This document shows positions 47,234 to 56,854 of a DNA stretch of 64,000 nucleotides, one piece after another. The stretch covers positions 62,001 to 126,000 of the IMG/VR virus record IMGVR_UViG_3300047994_000374, one strand, 5' to 3'. Both the position numbers and the translations under genes were made by a program. Positions within the stretch are counted from its first letter, which is position 1. Each line of letters starts with the position of its first letter. The notes below the pieces were generated by a model that saw only the letters and a list, made by a program, of their open reading frames with translations, was not told the origin of the DNA and searched no databases.

Positions 47234-47767
47234 TTGAATTCGTATAATTTCATGCACCAAATGAGTGACGAAGACTATTTAAGACTTCTGGAACAACTTA
47301 CAAGCCAGCAATACGGTGATTTTGATGATGAAATTCTTCCCGATTTAGAGGATATTGCTTGGACGCCAGAACCCGAAGCAAAGACAAGGGTTAATGCAAA
47401 TAGCAACAAGTGCATTGATCTAACCAAAGAGTCCAAATTTAAAATCAAAGATAAGTTATTTGAGGCAACGAATTTTAAGGTAGGAGCATTCTTTATTCGA
47501 ATTAAGAAGTATCGTGGAACTATTGATAACTATAAATCATCTTTATATATGGACATCTCTTTGTATGAAGAAAAGTTAAAAACTCCCAATGGCAAAGAGT
47601 GTAAGATTATGTGCGCTTTCAATCCTGTTAGAGATGGGCGTTTTTCAAAGTGTGATTGGATAACTTACTTTAAAATTCCTTCATGTGGCTTTGATGTGCC
47701 AACTGAAGAAGTAATTAACATTATTAAGTGGATGCAGTTCGTTAATAAAAATCCTGCGTTTATTTAA
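47234..47767 (+). CDS. Hypothetical protein (ends NPAFI)
   Basis: 177-aa ORF. Confidence 0.7.
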   Translation: MNSYNFMHQMSDEDYLRLLEQLTSQQYGDFDDEILPDLEDIAWTPEPEAKTRVNANSNKCIDLTKESKFKIKDKLFEATNFKVGAFFIRIKKYRGTIDNYKSSLYMDISLYEEKLKTPNGKECKIMCAFNPVRDGRFSKCDWITYFKIPSCGFDVPTEEVINIIKWMQFVNKNPAFI

Positions 47768-48090
47768 GAAAAAGTTCTCATCATTTGAAACTTATTGATA
47801 AGAGCTTCTTCGCCTTTGCCCTTATTATCTTTTATAAATTGTATTGGATTTAATTTAATTCTAAATTCTTCCTTATTATTGCCGTACATTTCTAAATACT
47901 CAAGCTCTTTATTAAAAAATAAAGTTGTCAAAAATTGACCAATGTTAATATAAGTGTGAATTACTAGCCCTTTTGAATTAGTAAAAATTCTGAAATGACC
48001 TTTTGAACATTCGCGAGATGCAATGGGTTCATTACACACAAAGCATTTATAATCAAGAAGTTTTAAAAATCTTTGCATACTTATTTTCAT
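47764..48090 (-). CDS. Zn-finger/xxF family protein
   Basis: CFVC...CSKGH; ends MRTFS. Confidence 0.7.
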   Translation of the reverse strand: MKISMQRFLKLLDYKCFVCNEPIASRECSKGHFRIFTNSKGLVIHTYINIGQFLTTLFFNKELEYLEMYGNNKEEFRIKLNPIQFIKDNKGKGEEALINKFQMMRTFS

Positions 48091-48158
48091 GTTAGTGTTT
48101 TTAAAATAATTAGTTAAATTTTTGTGTCAAGTTTTATATAGCTCGATATATACTATGC

Positions 48159-49505
48159 ATGCCTCAAATAATTTTATATGACTATGCAAATCATTTAGAT
48201 TCCGTTAAAAACGAATATTTCTATAATTGTACCCGTTGCAATAAAATTCAGTATGTTGTTGGTAAGCGCGGTTTGAGACGGGTGTTAGGGAAAAAGTCGG
48301 TATGTCGAAATTGTGCTTCGATTGTAAAAAGCGCGTCTATTAAAAAGCAAAACAATTATCCAGATAATTATGTTTGGAATTGTAGTCAATGTCATAAAAA
48401 TATGCCATGTTCAAATAGAGAGATGTACAGCGATTATAAAAAAAGAAATAGCAAATGTTATGAATGTAAATTTCCGTTGAAGAAAAATTATGATTCGACT
48501 AAAGAGTTATGGTTTAAAAATTGTCCATTATGTAATAATTTACAATACTATAAAACCTATTCAAATATGCAGGGTGCGTGCAAAAATCAAACTAAATGTG
48601 ATAAATGCACCTATAAAATATTAGGATTTTTTGATTATTCCAAATATTTCGATGATAAATTAAATTGTTATATAAAAAATTGCCCCAAATGCAATGATAT
48701 TATAAAATTTAAAACTCAAGATGGACTGAAGGGTAGCGTAAAAAATAATTCATTATGTCACTACTGTTACACGACGAATAATAGAAAAAATTTAGAATAT
48801 GATATATTTTATAATATTGCTACTAATAAATGGGAAAGACAATGCTCACAATGTAATATTATTATGCAATATGAATCTAAAAAAGATTTAAAAAGAAGCA
48901 TGGACGGGGAATTTAATTGTAAAAAATGCGAAATAGCTTTGCGAACTATTGATAGAACAACTTATAAAGAATATGATTCGATTTTAAATTTATGGAAAAG
49001 AGAGTGCCCCAGATGTAACGCCAATATTTATTATGCAAAATGGAATTCATGTAAATATGCTATATCCAAAAATTATAATTGTAAATCATGTGTATCAAAA
49101 AATTTTACAAATAATCCAGAATTTAGAAAAAACGCCTGTAAAAGAATGATAAAATTATTATCCTCATCTCATTCTAAAATAGAGTATAGTTGTTTTGAAG
49201 AAATTAAATATTTAAATTTTAAACATAATATAGATAATATCAGTATTAGCGGGTATTTTCCAGATTATATTCATAATGAATATAATATAATTGTGGAGTT
49301 TAATGGAGATTTATTTCATGCCAATCCTAATATAGAGAAATATAAAGATGATAATAGTATTGTTAAAATTGGCAGCAGGATAAAGACGGCAAAAGAAATA
49401 AGAGACAGAGACGAAAAAAGAAGAGCCATATTAGAAAGTGAGGGTTATATAATTTTTATTATATGGGAAGATGACTGGTACAAAAATAAAAAAAAAGACC
49501 ATTGA
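48159..49505 (+). CDS. Multi-zinc-ribbon PD-(D/E)xK (Vsr/DUF559-like) homing endonuclease
   Basis: Twelve CxxC motifs (six ribbon units); PDY...IVEFNGDLFH...RD...IWEDD. Confidence 0.8.
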   Translation: MPQIILYDYANHLDSVKNEYFYNCTRCNKIQYVVGKRGLRRVLGKKSVCRNCASIVKSASIKKQNNYPDNYVWNCSQCHKNMPCSNREMYSDYKKRNSKCYECKFPLKKNYDSTKELWFKNCPLCNNLQYYKTYSNMQGACKNQTKCDKCTYKILGFFDYSKYFDDKLNCYIKNCPKCNDIIKFKTQDGLKGSVKNNSLCHYCYTTNNRKNLEYDIFYNIATNKWERQCSQCNIIMQYESKKDLKRSMDGEFNCKKCEIALRTIDRTTYKEYDSILNLWKRECPRCNANIYYAKWNSCKYAISKNYNCKSCVSKNFTNNPEFRKNACKRMIKLLSSSHSKIEYSCFEEIKYLNFKHNIDNISISGYFPDYIHNEYNIIVEFNGDLFHANPNIEKYKDDNSIVKIGSRIKTAKEIRDRDEKRRAILESEGYIIFIIWEDDWYKNKKKDH

Positions 49506-49522
49506 AAATTTAGAGAATTTAA

Positions 49523-50362
49523 TCAACGAACATCGTCACAACAACGAGTCCCAGTCTCGTAAAATTTAAACCCAATGCTTTCATGGCTAACCGTTTCTAC
49601 TCGACTGCGATTTCTAGATCCGATTGCCCAATGTCCTCCTTTCAGTCCTGATACATAAGGATGATGACTTGAATTTACTACCCACTCGTCTGCATTGCCA
49701 GCCATGTCACTGATACCAAAGTCGCTTTTACAAGATGTCATAGATCCTGATGAAACCCTCTGATCAACTACTCTAAATGAATTCTTCCAAGGATCAACCC
49801 ACGGCTTATCAATATTACACACTGTGTTGTCCCTATGAAATCCATCTCCATAAGGATAGGGCTTCATCAATTCGCCCTCTGCAGCAAAGGTCCATTCATA
49901 ATCTTTACACAATCGTTTGCCTTCACCTTCGCAAGACTGTTTCGCTTCGGTCCATGTCATTTCAACTTTGGGCAACTCTCCTTTAACATTGGGAAATTCA
50001 TAAGTGTCCATACAAAAATGCATAAACTTTTTTTCTTTTGAAAGGCATTTGGTTGGGGCGAACTCTGCACATCGAACTGGACCTTCGCCACCATTTGCTT
50101 TCGCAGATTGGTCTTTGTCAAGCCAACGAAGACATTTATTAATTACGCTCGGACAATACATTCCCTGAACTTCAACCATATCATTGGGACATTTATTAGT
50201 CGCCGTATTATTTGTTGAAGATGCCATAGCAAATACTTCTCCATCGTTTGTTTGCAATAGAGTTCGTTGCCCCTGTTCCGGTTGAGCGGGGGACGAAGAA
50301 GAGCTGTTGGTGCAAGAAATAATTATTAGAGAAATAAAAATGAGGAGTAGAAATTGTTTCAT
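49523..50362 (-). CDS. FGE-sulfatase (SUMF1/EgtB/PvdO) domain lipoprotein
   Basis: Lipobox-like IISC; CPNDMV; FCMDTYE; GKRLC...EW; DMAGNADEW; GTRCC; box 24 nt upstream. Confidence 0.85.
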   Translation of the reverse strand: MKQFLLLIFISLIIISCTNSSSSSPAQPEQGQRTLLQTNDGEVFAMASSTNNTATNKCPNDMVEVQGMYCPSVINKCLRWLDKDQSAKANGGEGPVRCAEFAPTKCLSKEKKFMHFCMDTYEFPNVKGELPKVEMTWTEAKQSCEGEGKRLCKDYEWTFAAEGELMKPYPYGDGFHRDNTVCNIDKPWVDPWKNSFRVVDQRVSSGSMTSCKSDFGISDMAGNADEWVVNSSHHPYVSGLKGGHWAIGSRNRSRVETVSHESIGFKFYETGTRCCDDVR

Positions 50363-50490
50363 AACTATCTAATTTATACATGTGAAATGGGAAATCAATG
50401 CCATTAATAAAAAAGAACCCACCTGATCTGATGAGTTCTTTTAAGATTATATTAAGATTATCCCGCTTACAATACCGTGATAATAAGTTT

Positions 50491-51114
50491 TTATTTGGCG
50501 CTTTTAATGACTTGTAATACTTGTGGCAGTGTGTAATTGCCTGGAACATTGTATTTCTTTTTAAATGCTTCGATCGCACTTTTTGTTCTATCGCCTAATA
50601 GTCCATCAACTTTAAGTGGCATAATTTCGCCGGATGGAACCAATAAAGTATTTAATTTATCTTGGACGGTTTTATCAATAGTAGGAAGTCCAGCTGGTTT
50701 AGTGGTGGAAGGCTGAGTAAATGAGCCCGGTGATGCTGGTAGAGTTGCCGTAGTTTGCTCTTGATCTTGAAGAAGTTTTTGTAATTTAATTGTTAAGTCT
50801 AGCGCCTGATTGATTTGTGGTCCATGTCCTTCGGGGAATTGATTGGTTGCCGTATGGATCGTTTGAATAAGATCATCTAAATCTACTGTATCATTGTGAA
50901 GGGCGTCCATTATTTTATTCTGGAGTTCTGTGCTATTTGGATCGAGGGCATCGACATTTTTGAGAACGCTTTCAAGATCGGCTCGGACATCTGGGGTCAA
51001 TTTATCGGCTGAAACCATATTTGACGCAAGTGCTTTTAAGAATGAGGTTCGGTTGGAATAGAGTGCTAATTTTTCAAAACCGTTTACTTTTTTGAGTAAT
51101 GATGCGTATTTCAT
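50491..51114 (-). CDS. Protein with C-terminal peptidoglycan-binding domain
   Basis: VQDKLN...LKVDGLLGDRTKSAIEAFK. Confidence 0.75.
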   Translation of the reverse strand: MKYASLLKKVNGFEKLALYSNRTSFLKALASNMVSADKLTPDVRADLESVLKNVDALDPNSTELQNKIMDALHNDTVDLDDLIQTIHTATNQFPEGHGPQINQALDLTIKLQKLLQDQEQTTATLPASPGSFTQPSTTKPAGLPTIDKTVQDKLNTLLVPSGEIMPLKVDGLLGDRTKSAIEAFKKKYNVPGNYTLPQVLQVIKSAK

Positions 51115-51156
51115 TGATTTCCTTGGTTTGATTGCCCTATACTATATATCGAAATA

Positions 51157-51705
51157 TTACGAAGTTCTATTCTTAAAATCGGTATTACTATATTCATTTT
51201 CTTGATTAGCATAGTTTGGATTGCAATCACATCTGCAGCTATTATGACAGGTCCCACAAATACGAAGTCCCGAAAAGGTCCTACACTCATCACAGCGAAA
51301 GGGCCCGGAGCAACGACATCCGCACATATAGGCTGGTAAATTCATTCCACATCCCATATCCTTTGCCGCTCTTAAAACCTCATAAACATCAATATACTGG
51401 ATGTCCCAAGCTTGACCGGGAGGACCAAATTTGGACTGCTCGACATAGGCCATACCGCCACTTAAAAACAGAACAACATCCGCTAAATTCCTATTCGTTA
51501 AATCTGTATAATCAGGAAGAACAACCATAATTCGGAGCCCTTGCAAATGAACTATTGATGGATAATTTGGATCCGCTGCAACCCTGGCATCAAACTCGAT
51601 CTTTGATATCGCTTCATTAATAAAGAATTGCAACTGAAGATTGGCTTGAAGCTCTGCGTTCATTCCATCAGCATTCACGAACAAAATAACAGATGGTAAA
51701 TTCAT
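51157..51705 (-). CDS. Hypothetical protein with Cys-rich C-terminus
   Basis: 182-aa ORF. Confidence 0.7.
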   Translation of the reverse strand: MNLPSVILFVNADGMNAELQANLQLQFFINEAISKIEFDARVAADPNYPSIVHLQGLRIMVVLPDYTDLTNRNLADVVLFLSGGMAYVEQSKFGPPGQAWDIQYIDVYEVLRAAKDMGCGMNLPAYMCGCRCSGPFRCDECRTFSGLRICGTCHNSCRCDCNPNYANQENEYSNTDFKNRTS

Positions 51706-52571
51706 TTTACTAATTCCTTGTAAAAATTAAAAACTTTACAATATTCATCATATGTTGCATCACCTTTTAAGCTATTTGCCTTCCATGATATTACTCTTAC
51801 ATTTCCCTTTACATAGCCATTATTGTTATTAATTTTGTCGAGGGAAGGTGAATTTGTCTCTCTATCCCTATTATTAATACTTAGTGATATATTTAAAACT
51901 GGGCAAATTTTTGGAATTACGATATCTACTTTTTCTATATTGAATGGTATTTTTTTTAATTTTGCTCTTTCAGTTGCATGATAAAACATTTTATTTATTC
52001 TATTTTTATTATCATATATTTGATCTGTTTTTGTAATAATTTTATCCCAATTAATTAATATTTGACTCATTTCATCTATCGTTGCGTTTGCTTTAATATT
52101 ATTTGCGCGCCACGAAACTATAACTATATTTTCTTTAGTATATCCCTTCGTGTTGTCAATTCTATCTACAGATGGAGATGATGCTTTTTGATATCCATTA
52201 TCTGATATTTTTAATTCACTTCCAAAAATAGGGCAAAATTTCGGAATAATCAGATCACTAATATCAATTTTATGTTCGAAACCTTTTGCTTTCGCATTTG
52301 CCATAGTAGTTTTAAAAAAATATTTTGGAACATTTTGCTTGATTACATCATCATAGTAATTTTGCCTTATATCTTGTCCCTGGTCACTTTTAAAATATAC
52401 ATTACTGCGATTTTTTACACACTCTTTGCATTCACTATTTAGTCCATTACAATTTCTTTTATTAGAATAATAATCATAACTTAACTTTATAATTTTACAT
52501 TTAACGCATGGCTTTTCAATACCATCTTGTCTCTCATAAAAAAATCTTTGAATTCCCATAATAATATGCAA
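51702..52571 (-). CDS. HNH-like homing endonuclease with duplicated nuclease domain
   Basis: Two IPxxCP...SPSxDxIxNxxGYxKxNxxxxSWxAN units. Confidence 0.8.
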   Translation of the reverse strand: MHIIMGIQRFFYERQDGIEKPCVKCKIIKLSYDYYSNKRNCNGLNSECKECVKNRSNVYFKSDQGQDIRQNYYDDVIKQNVPKYFFKTTMANAKAKGFEHKIDISDLIIPKFCPIFGSELKISDNGYQKASSPSVDRIDNTKGYTKENIVIVSWRANNIKANATIDEMSQILINWDKIITKTDQIYDNKNRINKMFYHATERAKLKKIPFNIEKVDIVIPKICPVLNISLSINNRDRETNSPSLDKINNNNGYVKGNVRVISWKANSLKGDATYDEYCKVFNFYKELVK

Positions 52572-52584
52572 AAAATATAGCCCC

Positions 52585-52612
52585 TTGACAATTCGTAATC
52601 GATATTTACATT
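52585..52612 (+). promoter_or_regulatory. Sigma70-type promoter (probably giving a leaderless dut transcript)
   Basis: TTGACA-16-TACATT, with 6 nt between it and ATG 52619. Confidence 0.5.
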
Positions 52613-52618
52613 GGACGC

Positions 52619-53113
52619 ATGATTGAACTTCCTACCTATCAATTTGCCCTTAGAGATGATGTAAAAGATGATCTGCGCTTTTTACCTACAAAGGGTGAGC
52701 CAAACGCAACGGGATATGATGTAAAAGCTGCACCGAAAGACAGGCAACCCATTATCCTTCATCCGGGTTGGTATGCAAAAATTCCGCTTGGATTTCGCGC
52801 TTTTATACCAGAAGGATGGTGGATGGAATTAAGACCTCGATCTTCTTCATTCGCTAAAAAATCCATGCATACTTTATATGGAGTGATTGACCAAGATTTT
52901 TCTTTGGAAAATTTATATGCGTGTCAATATTTGCCCGTAGATATGTCATTCCACAATACATTGACAATAGAATTTGGCGAATCAATTGGTCAAATGGTTC
53001 CAATTAAACGACAAGAAATGATTGTTGAATCTGTTTCAAATGAAGAGATTGAGCAGCTTTATAAAAAACGAAATGCTGTAAGAAATGGCGGATTCGGATC
53101 AACCGGAGCCTAA
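52619..53113 (+). CDS. dut: dUTPase (trimeric)
   Basis: ATGYDV, RPRSS, GVIDQD, RNGGFGSTG. Confidence 0.9.
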   Translation: MIELPTYQFALRDDVKDDLRFLPTKGEPNATGYDVKAAPKDRQPIILHPGWYAKIPLGFRAFIPEGWWMELRPRSSSFAKKSMHTLYGVIDQDFSLENLYACQYLPVDMSFHNTLTIEFGESIGQMVPIKRQEMIVESVSNEEIEQLYKKRNAVRNGGFGSTGA

Positions 53114-53452
53114 ATGAATTTTACTGATGAGCAAATAAGTAAATGGATTAAATTAACTGAAAATGGTGTTAATAAATTTTATACTACTTCTACTTTGCCA
53201 TTTAAAAGTAAATTAGTAGAAGCAAGAATGATGATAGATAGGCATGGATCTTTTGTAAGTGATATATTTTTCAACCCATTATTAAAAGAATATGTCGAGA
53301 AGGAATTAAATTGCCGCGATACAATTTGGGGATCTGACATTCATTATACAAATGCATGTTCTTTAGAGATTGGGCTATTAATATCTAATTGTAAATTATT
53401 TAAAGTGGATAGTACAGATACTAAATATATAACCACTTTTTCGGTAAAATAA
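53114..53452 (+). CDS. Hypothetical protein
   Basis: ORF track, abuts neighbours. Confidence 0.65.
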   Translation: MNFTDEQISKWIKLTENGVNKFYTTSTLPFKSKLVEARMMIDRHGSFVSDIFFNPLLKEYVEKELNCRDTIWGSDIHYTNACSLEIGLLISNCKLFKVDSTDTKYITTFSVK

Positions 53453-54259
53453 ATGAAAAATACATCACATATAAAATCGCATCGAAATAATCATAACGGA
53501 GATCATACTCTGCCCAATAAAAAGGAAGAGGCTCCAACTTTCGGTCAAACACAGAACCATGATACTTATGGCAGCGGCTTGGGCTGGTCTATTAAAGAAA
53601 AAGAAAAATTAACAGGTATTTGCTATTCAGAAGATGATCATATGCCCAATGATATCCGCATAGGCATTGAAACAATTTACGGTCCAACAGATGTCGATGT
53701 TACAACAGATAGCGTTTGGAATATCTATAAAAAAGAAGAGCCTTGGATTCAAACAAATTCGGGAAAAAGATTTCAGCCACTTAATCCAACTCAAGAATCC
53801 ATTGACATTGAAGATATTGCTCACGCTCTTTCTATGATATGTAGATTCAATGGTCATGTTTCGGAATTCTACTCAGTGGGGCAGCACTGCGTATTAGTTA
53901 GTTATGCGTGTGATTCAGACGACGCTGCATTCGGTCTTCTTCATGATGCAAGTGAGGCATACATCTCAGATTTCAGTAGCCCGCTAAAACACTCTGGACA
54001 ATTTGAAAACTATAAAATCATGGAAGATATTATTCAAACTGCCATATATAAAAAATTTGGTTTAGTAGGAAAAGAACCTCCATCAGTAAAGCGTGCTGAC
54101 AAACAATTGCTTTACACTGAAGCGCGAGATTTGATGTCGCCACTTCATCCTGATTGGGTAAATGCCGTTGATCCTTTACCATGGAAAATTGAAGCTTGGG
54201 ATCAAAAGAAATCAAAGGCTGAATTTTTAAAACGCTTCTATGAATTGTTTAGAGAATAA
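53453..54259 (+). CDS. HD-domain 5'-deoxynucleotidase (YfdR/YfbR-like)
   Basis: IEDIAHALSMICRFNGH..FYSVGQH...LLHDASEAY.SD. Confidence 0.85.
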   Translation: MKNTSHIKSHRNNHNGDHTLPNKKEEAPTFGQTQNHDTYGSGLGWSIKEKEKLTGICYSEDDHMPNDIRIGIETIYGPTDVDVTTDSVWNIYKKEEPWIQTNSGKRFQPLNPTQESIDIEDIAHALSMICRFNGHVSEFYSVGQHCVLVSYACDSDDAAFGLLHDASEAYISDFSSPLKHSGQFENYKIMEDIIQTAIYKKFGLVGKEPPSVKRADKQLLYTEARDLMSPLHPDWVNAVDPLPWKIEAWDQKKSKAEFLKRFYELFRE

Positions 54260-54351
54260 ATAATGAATCCATTTGATATTATCATGGGTATGTTGTTTTT
54301 ATTTATTATCATTATGTTTATAGCGGGAATGTTTTGGCGAAAGGATAAAAA

Positions 54352-54684
54352 ATGAACGACGATAATAACACAAAATCAATTGAAGAGCTTGAGGAAGAAG
54401 AGCGCTTACGAAAAGCCGCTGCCGAAAAGAAGAAACAAGACGAGCTTAAAAAATTAGCCTCTTTACCGAAACCTAAGTTCTCGTTCGATGTCAAAATCGA
54501 TAGCATGATCCCTGCAACATTAACTTTTAGAGTGATTGCGGAAACTCCAGAGCAAGCAGCAGAACTTGTCAAAAATATGCAACCGACTGGAGTGAAATAT
54601 AAACTGGCTAGTCGAAAAGATTCAAAGATTACAGTCTTAGATGCCGGATCATCTATCATAAAATGGTTTAAAAAGCTATATTAA
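54352..54684 (+). CDS. Hypothetical protein
   Basis: ORF track; AAGGA upstream. Confidence 0.7.
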   Translation: MNDDNNTKSIEELEEEERLRKAAAEKKKQDELKKLASLPKPKFSFDVKIDSMIPATLTFRVIAETPEQAAELVKNMQPTGVKYKLASRKDSKITVLDAGSSIIKWFKKLY

Positions 54685-54685
54685 T

Positions 54686-55177
54686 ATGAGCAACTATAAG
54701 CAATACCTTAAAACAAAATCCACAAAAACTGGCAAAGGAGTTTTTACTACAGTTAAAATTCCAGCTAACATGCCTATTATCGAAATGAAGGGCGATATCT
54801 TTATTGATAAGCCAGGACATCTCGATCACGCACAAGTCCTTCAAGTCGGACCCAATACATTCTTAGGTCCAAGTGGCGAAGTGGATGATTATATTAACCA
54901 TTCTTGCGATCCCAATTGTTATATGCATGTAGTTGGCAATAGGGCAATTCTTTATTCTTTATATGTAATTCCAGCCAATTCAGAACTTACATTTGATTAC
55001 TCACTCACTGCCAATAATGAAAAAGAAGATTGGACCATGGCTTGTAATTGTGGTTCAAACAAATGTAGAAAAGAAATAAGTGGCTTTCAACATTTGAGTC
55101 CGGAGCTACAGGATGAGTATAAGAAAAAGAAAATGGTTCCGCTTTACCTTACTTCTACGATGATCATGAAAAAATGA
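54686..55177 (+). CDS. SET-domain protein lysine methyltransferase with post-SET
   Basis: GKGVF; YINHSCDPN; ELTFDY; CNCGSNKCR. Confidence 0.9.
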   Translation: MSNYKQYLKTKSTKTGKGVFTTVKIPANMPIIEMKGDIFIDKPGHLDHAQVLQVGPNTFLGPSGEVDDYINHSCDPNCYMHVVGNRAILYSLYVIPANSELTFDYSLTANNEKEDWTMACNCGSNKCRKEISGFQHLSPELQDEYKKKKMVPLYLTSTMIMKK

Positions 55178-55330
55178 AAGCATTATAGTAATGAATAAAA
55201 ATGATCTTAAAATTCAAGTACAAAGATATACGGATCTCAAAATAGTGCGAATGCTTTGGATTGATGGTAAGTGGATTGCATTTACAGAAGAAGAATATGA
55301 AAGATATCAAAAATTGAAAGCGTTCCAATA

Positions 55331-55975
55331 ATGTCCGGACTAAAATATTACTGCATTGACACCGAAACGACGGGTCTTTCTACGGCGCAACATGAAATAA
55401 ATGAATATTCTATTATTCGTTGTGATGACCGTGTTCAGCTAACTACTTTTATTAAATGTGAAACGCCTTGGACTGCATCCTATGACAGCTTACGCATTAC
55501 GGGCAAAACAATGGCAGATTTAGATACTGGCGATTCAAAAGAAATTGCTATTGAAAAGCTTAATAAATTTATATCCGAAGACGGTTTAACTCCAGCTCAT
55601 CGTTGCTTCATAATGCACAATGTTGGATTTGATAGAAGATTCATACACAAACTTTATGAGAAGGTTGGTCAAACATGCCCTGTCAGTTTGTATTTATGTA
55701 CAATGGCAATGACACGAGCTTGGGCGAAAAAAGCTGGATATGTAAAGCCCAAAGTAAACCTTAACGCGTCCTGTGATTTGGTTGGAATTAAAAAGGTAGC
55801 AGGATCCCACCAATCAAAAATGGATACGCGCAATACATATTTATTATATAGAGATTTAGTTGAAGTTAAGAAGTTTGATTACTTGCCCTTCATTAAAAAT
55901 TTGCCGCACAACCCAATTGTAAATCCCGAAGATGAACCACTTGATCCAGACCTTCTTGATGTAGATGAAGACTAA
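55331..55975 (+). CDS. DEDDh 3'-5' exonuclease (DnaQ-like)
   Basis: IDTETTG; HNVGFD; HQSKMD. Confidence 0.85.
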   Translation: MSGLKYYCIDTETTGLSTAQHEINEYSIIRCDDRVQLTTFIKCETPWTASYDSLRITGKTMADLDTGDSKEIAIEKLNKFISEDGLTPAHRCFIMHNVGFDRRFIHKLYEKVGQTCPVSLYLCTMAMTRAWAKKAGYVKPKVNLNASCDLVGIKKVAGSHQSKMDTRNTYLLYRDLVEVKKFDYLPFIKNLPHNPIVNPEDEPLDPDLLDVDED

Positions 55976-56621
55976 AGCTCCATCCATAGAAAAATTTCAT
56001 ATTAAAATAAATGACGCAATTGAACTTGTAAATATCTTTTGTGAATGTAAAGATTTATCCTTCATCATTAAAGCGTGTCGATTAAAGCCCTATGAATATA
56101 TCTTCAAAAAATATCAATGGCGATTTGCTCAATACAAATGGTGGTTTGATGAGTTTGATAATTCATTAGAAATTACCAAAGATAAAAAGGTCAAATTTAT
56201 TTATAATGATTTGAAGTTAGATAAGACCAAGATTGTATGTTCTGACCTGTATGATGGATTGAGCTTTGAAAAATTATTTAAGATTTGTAGGTGTTTTTAT
56301 TTTGTAATTGGAACGGATGAAGATTTTGGAAAAGATTGTGCCATATTAAGTTTCTATGGCATTGACGAACATTTGAGAAGTTTTTTACTTTATGATGATG
56401 AATGGGTGAAAGTATCTCCTTTATTGTTGGGACGAAAGCAATTAAATTTCATTCAGGACAATTTAAATGTTGAAGGGTTTCGAGAATTTAAGATGAAGAA
56501 AAGATTATTGGAACCTTGCCAAAAGAGTGAAGGATGGATAAGTTGTGCGAATGTGGATGAAGAGTTTTTGAAGTTGTTAGAAAATAAATATCCAGTAATA
56601 AAGAAAGCAATGGGAATATAA
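55965..56621 (+). CDS. Hypothetical protein
   Basis: 218-aa ORF. Confidence 0.7.
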   Translation: MKTKAPSIEKFHIKINDAIELVNIFCECKDLSFIIKACRLKPYEYIFKKYQWRFAQYKWWFDEFDNSLEITKDKKVKFIYNDLKLDKTKIVCSDLYDGLSFEKLFKICRCFYFVIGTDEDFGKDCAILSFYGIDEHLRSFLLYDDEWVKVSPLLLGRKQLNFIQDNLNVEGFREFKMKKRLLEPCQKSEGWISCANVDEEFLKLLENKYPVIKKAMGI

Positions 56622-56846
56622 ATGGGCGAAAATGATAGAGAGCGTTTGGAGATGACCGGGCGAGTAATTGAAGCTAACCGAGGTCAATTTCGCGTTGAGA
56701 CGGAAGGCGGCATGATAGTTTTATGTACATTAGGAGGTCGTGTAAGGCAGAATAGCGTCAAGATACTACTTGGCGATATATGCACTATAGAAGTTTCACC
56801 ATATGATGTGACGCGTGGTCGTATAACCTTTCGTCACAAATCCTAA
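56622..56846 (+). CDS. infA: Translation initiation factor IF-1
   Basis: G.V.E....FRV...G...LCTLGGRVRQNSVKILLGD...EVSPYDVTRGRITFR. Confidence 0.92.
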   Translation: MGENDRERLEMTGRVIEANRGQFRVETEGGMIVLCTLGGRVRQNSVKILLGDICTIEVSPYDVTRGRITFRHKS

Positions 56847-56854
56847 AAAACATC

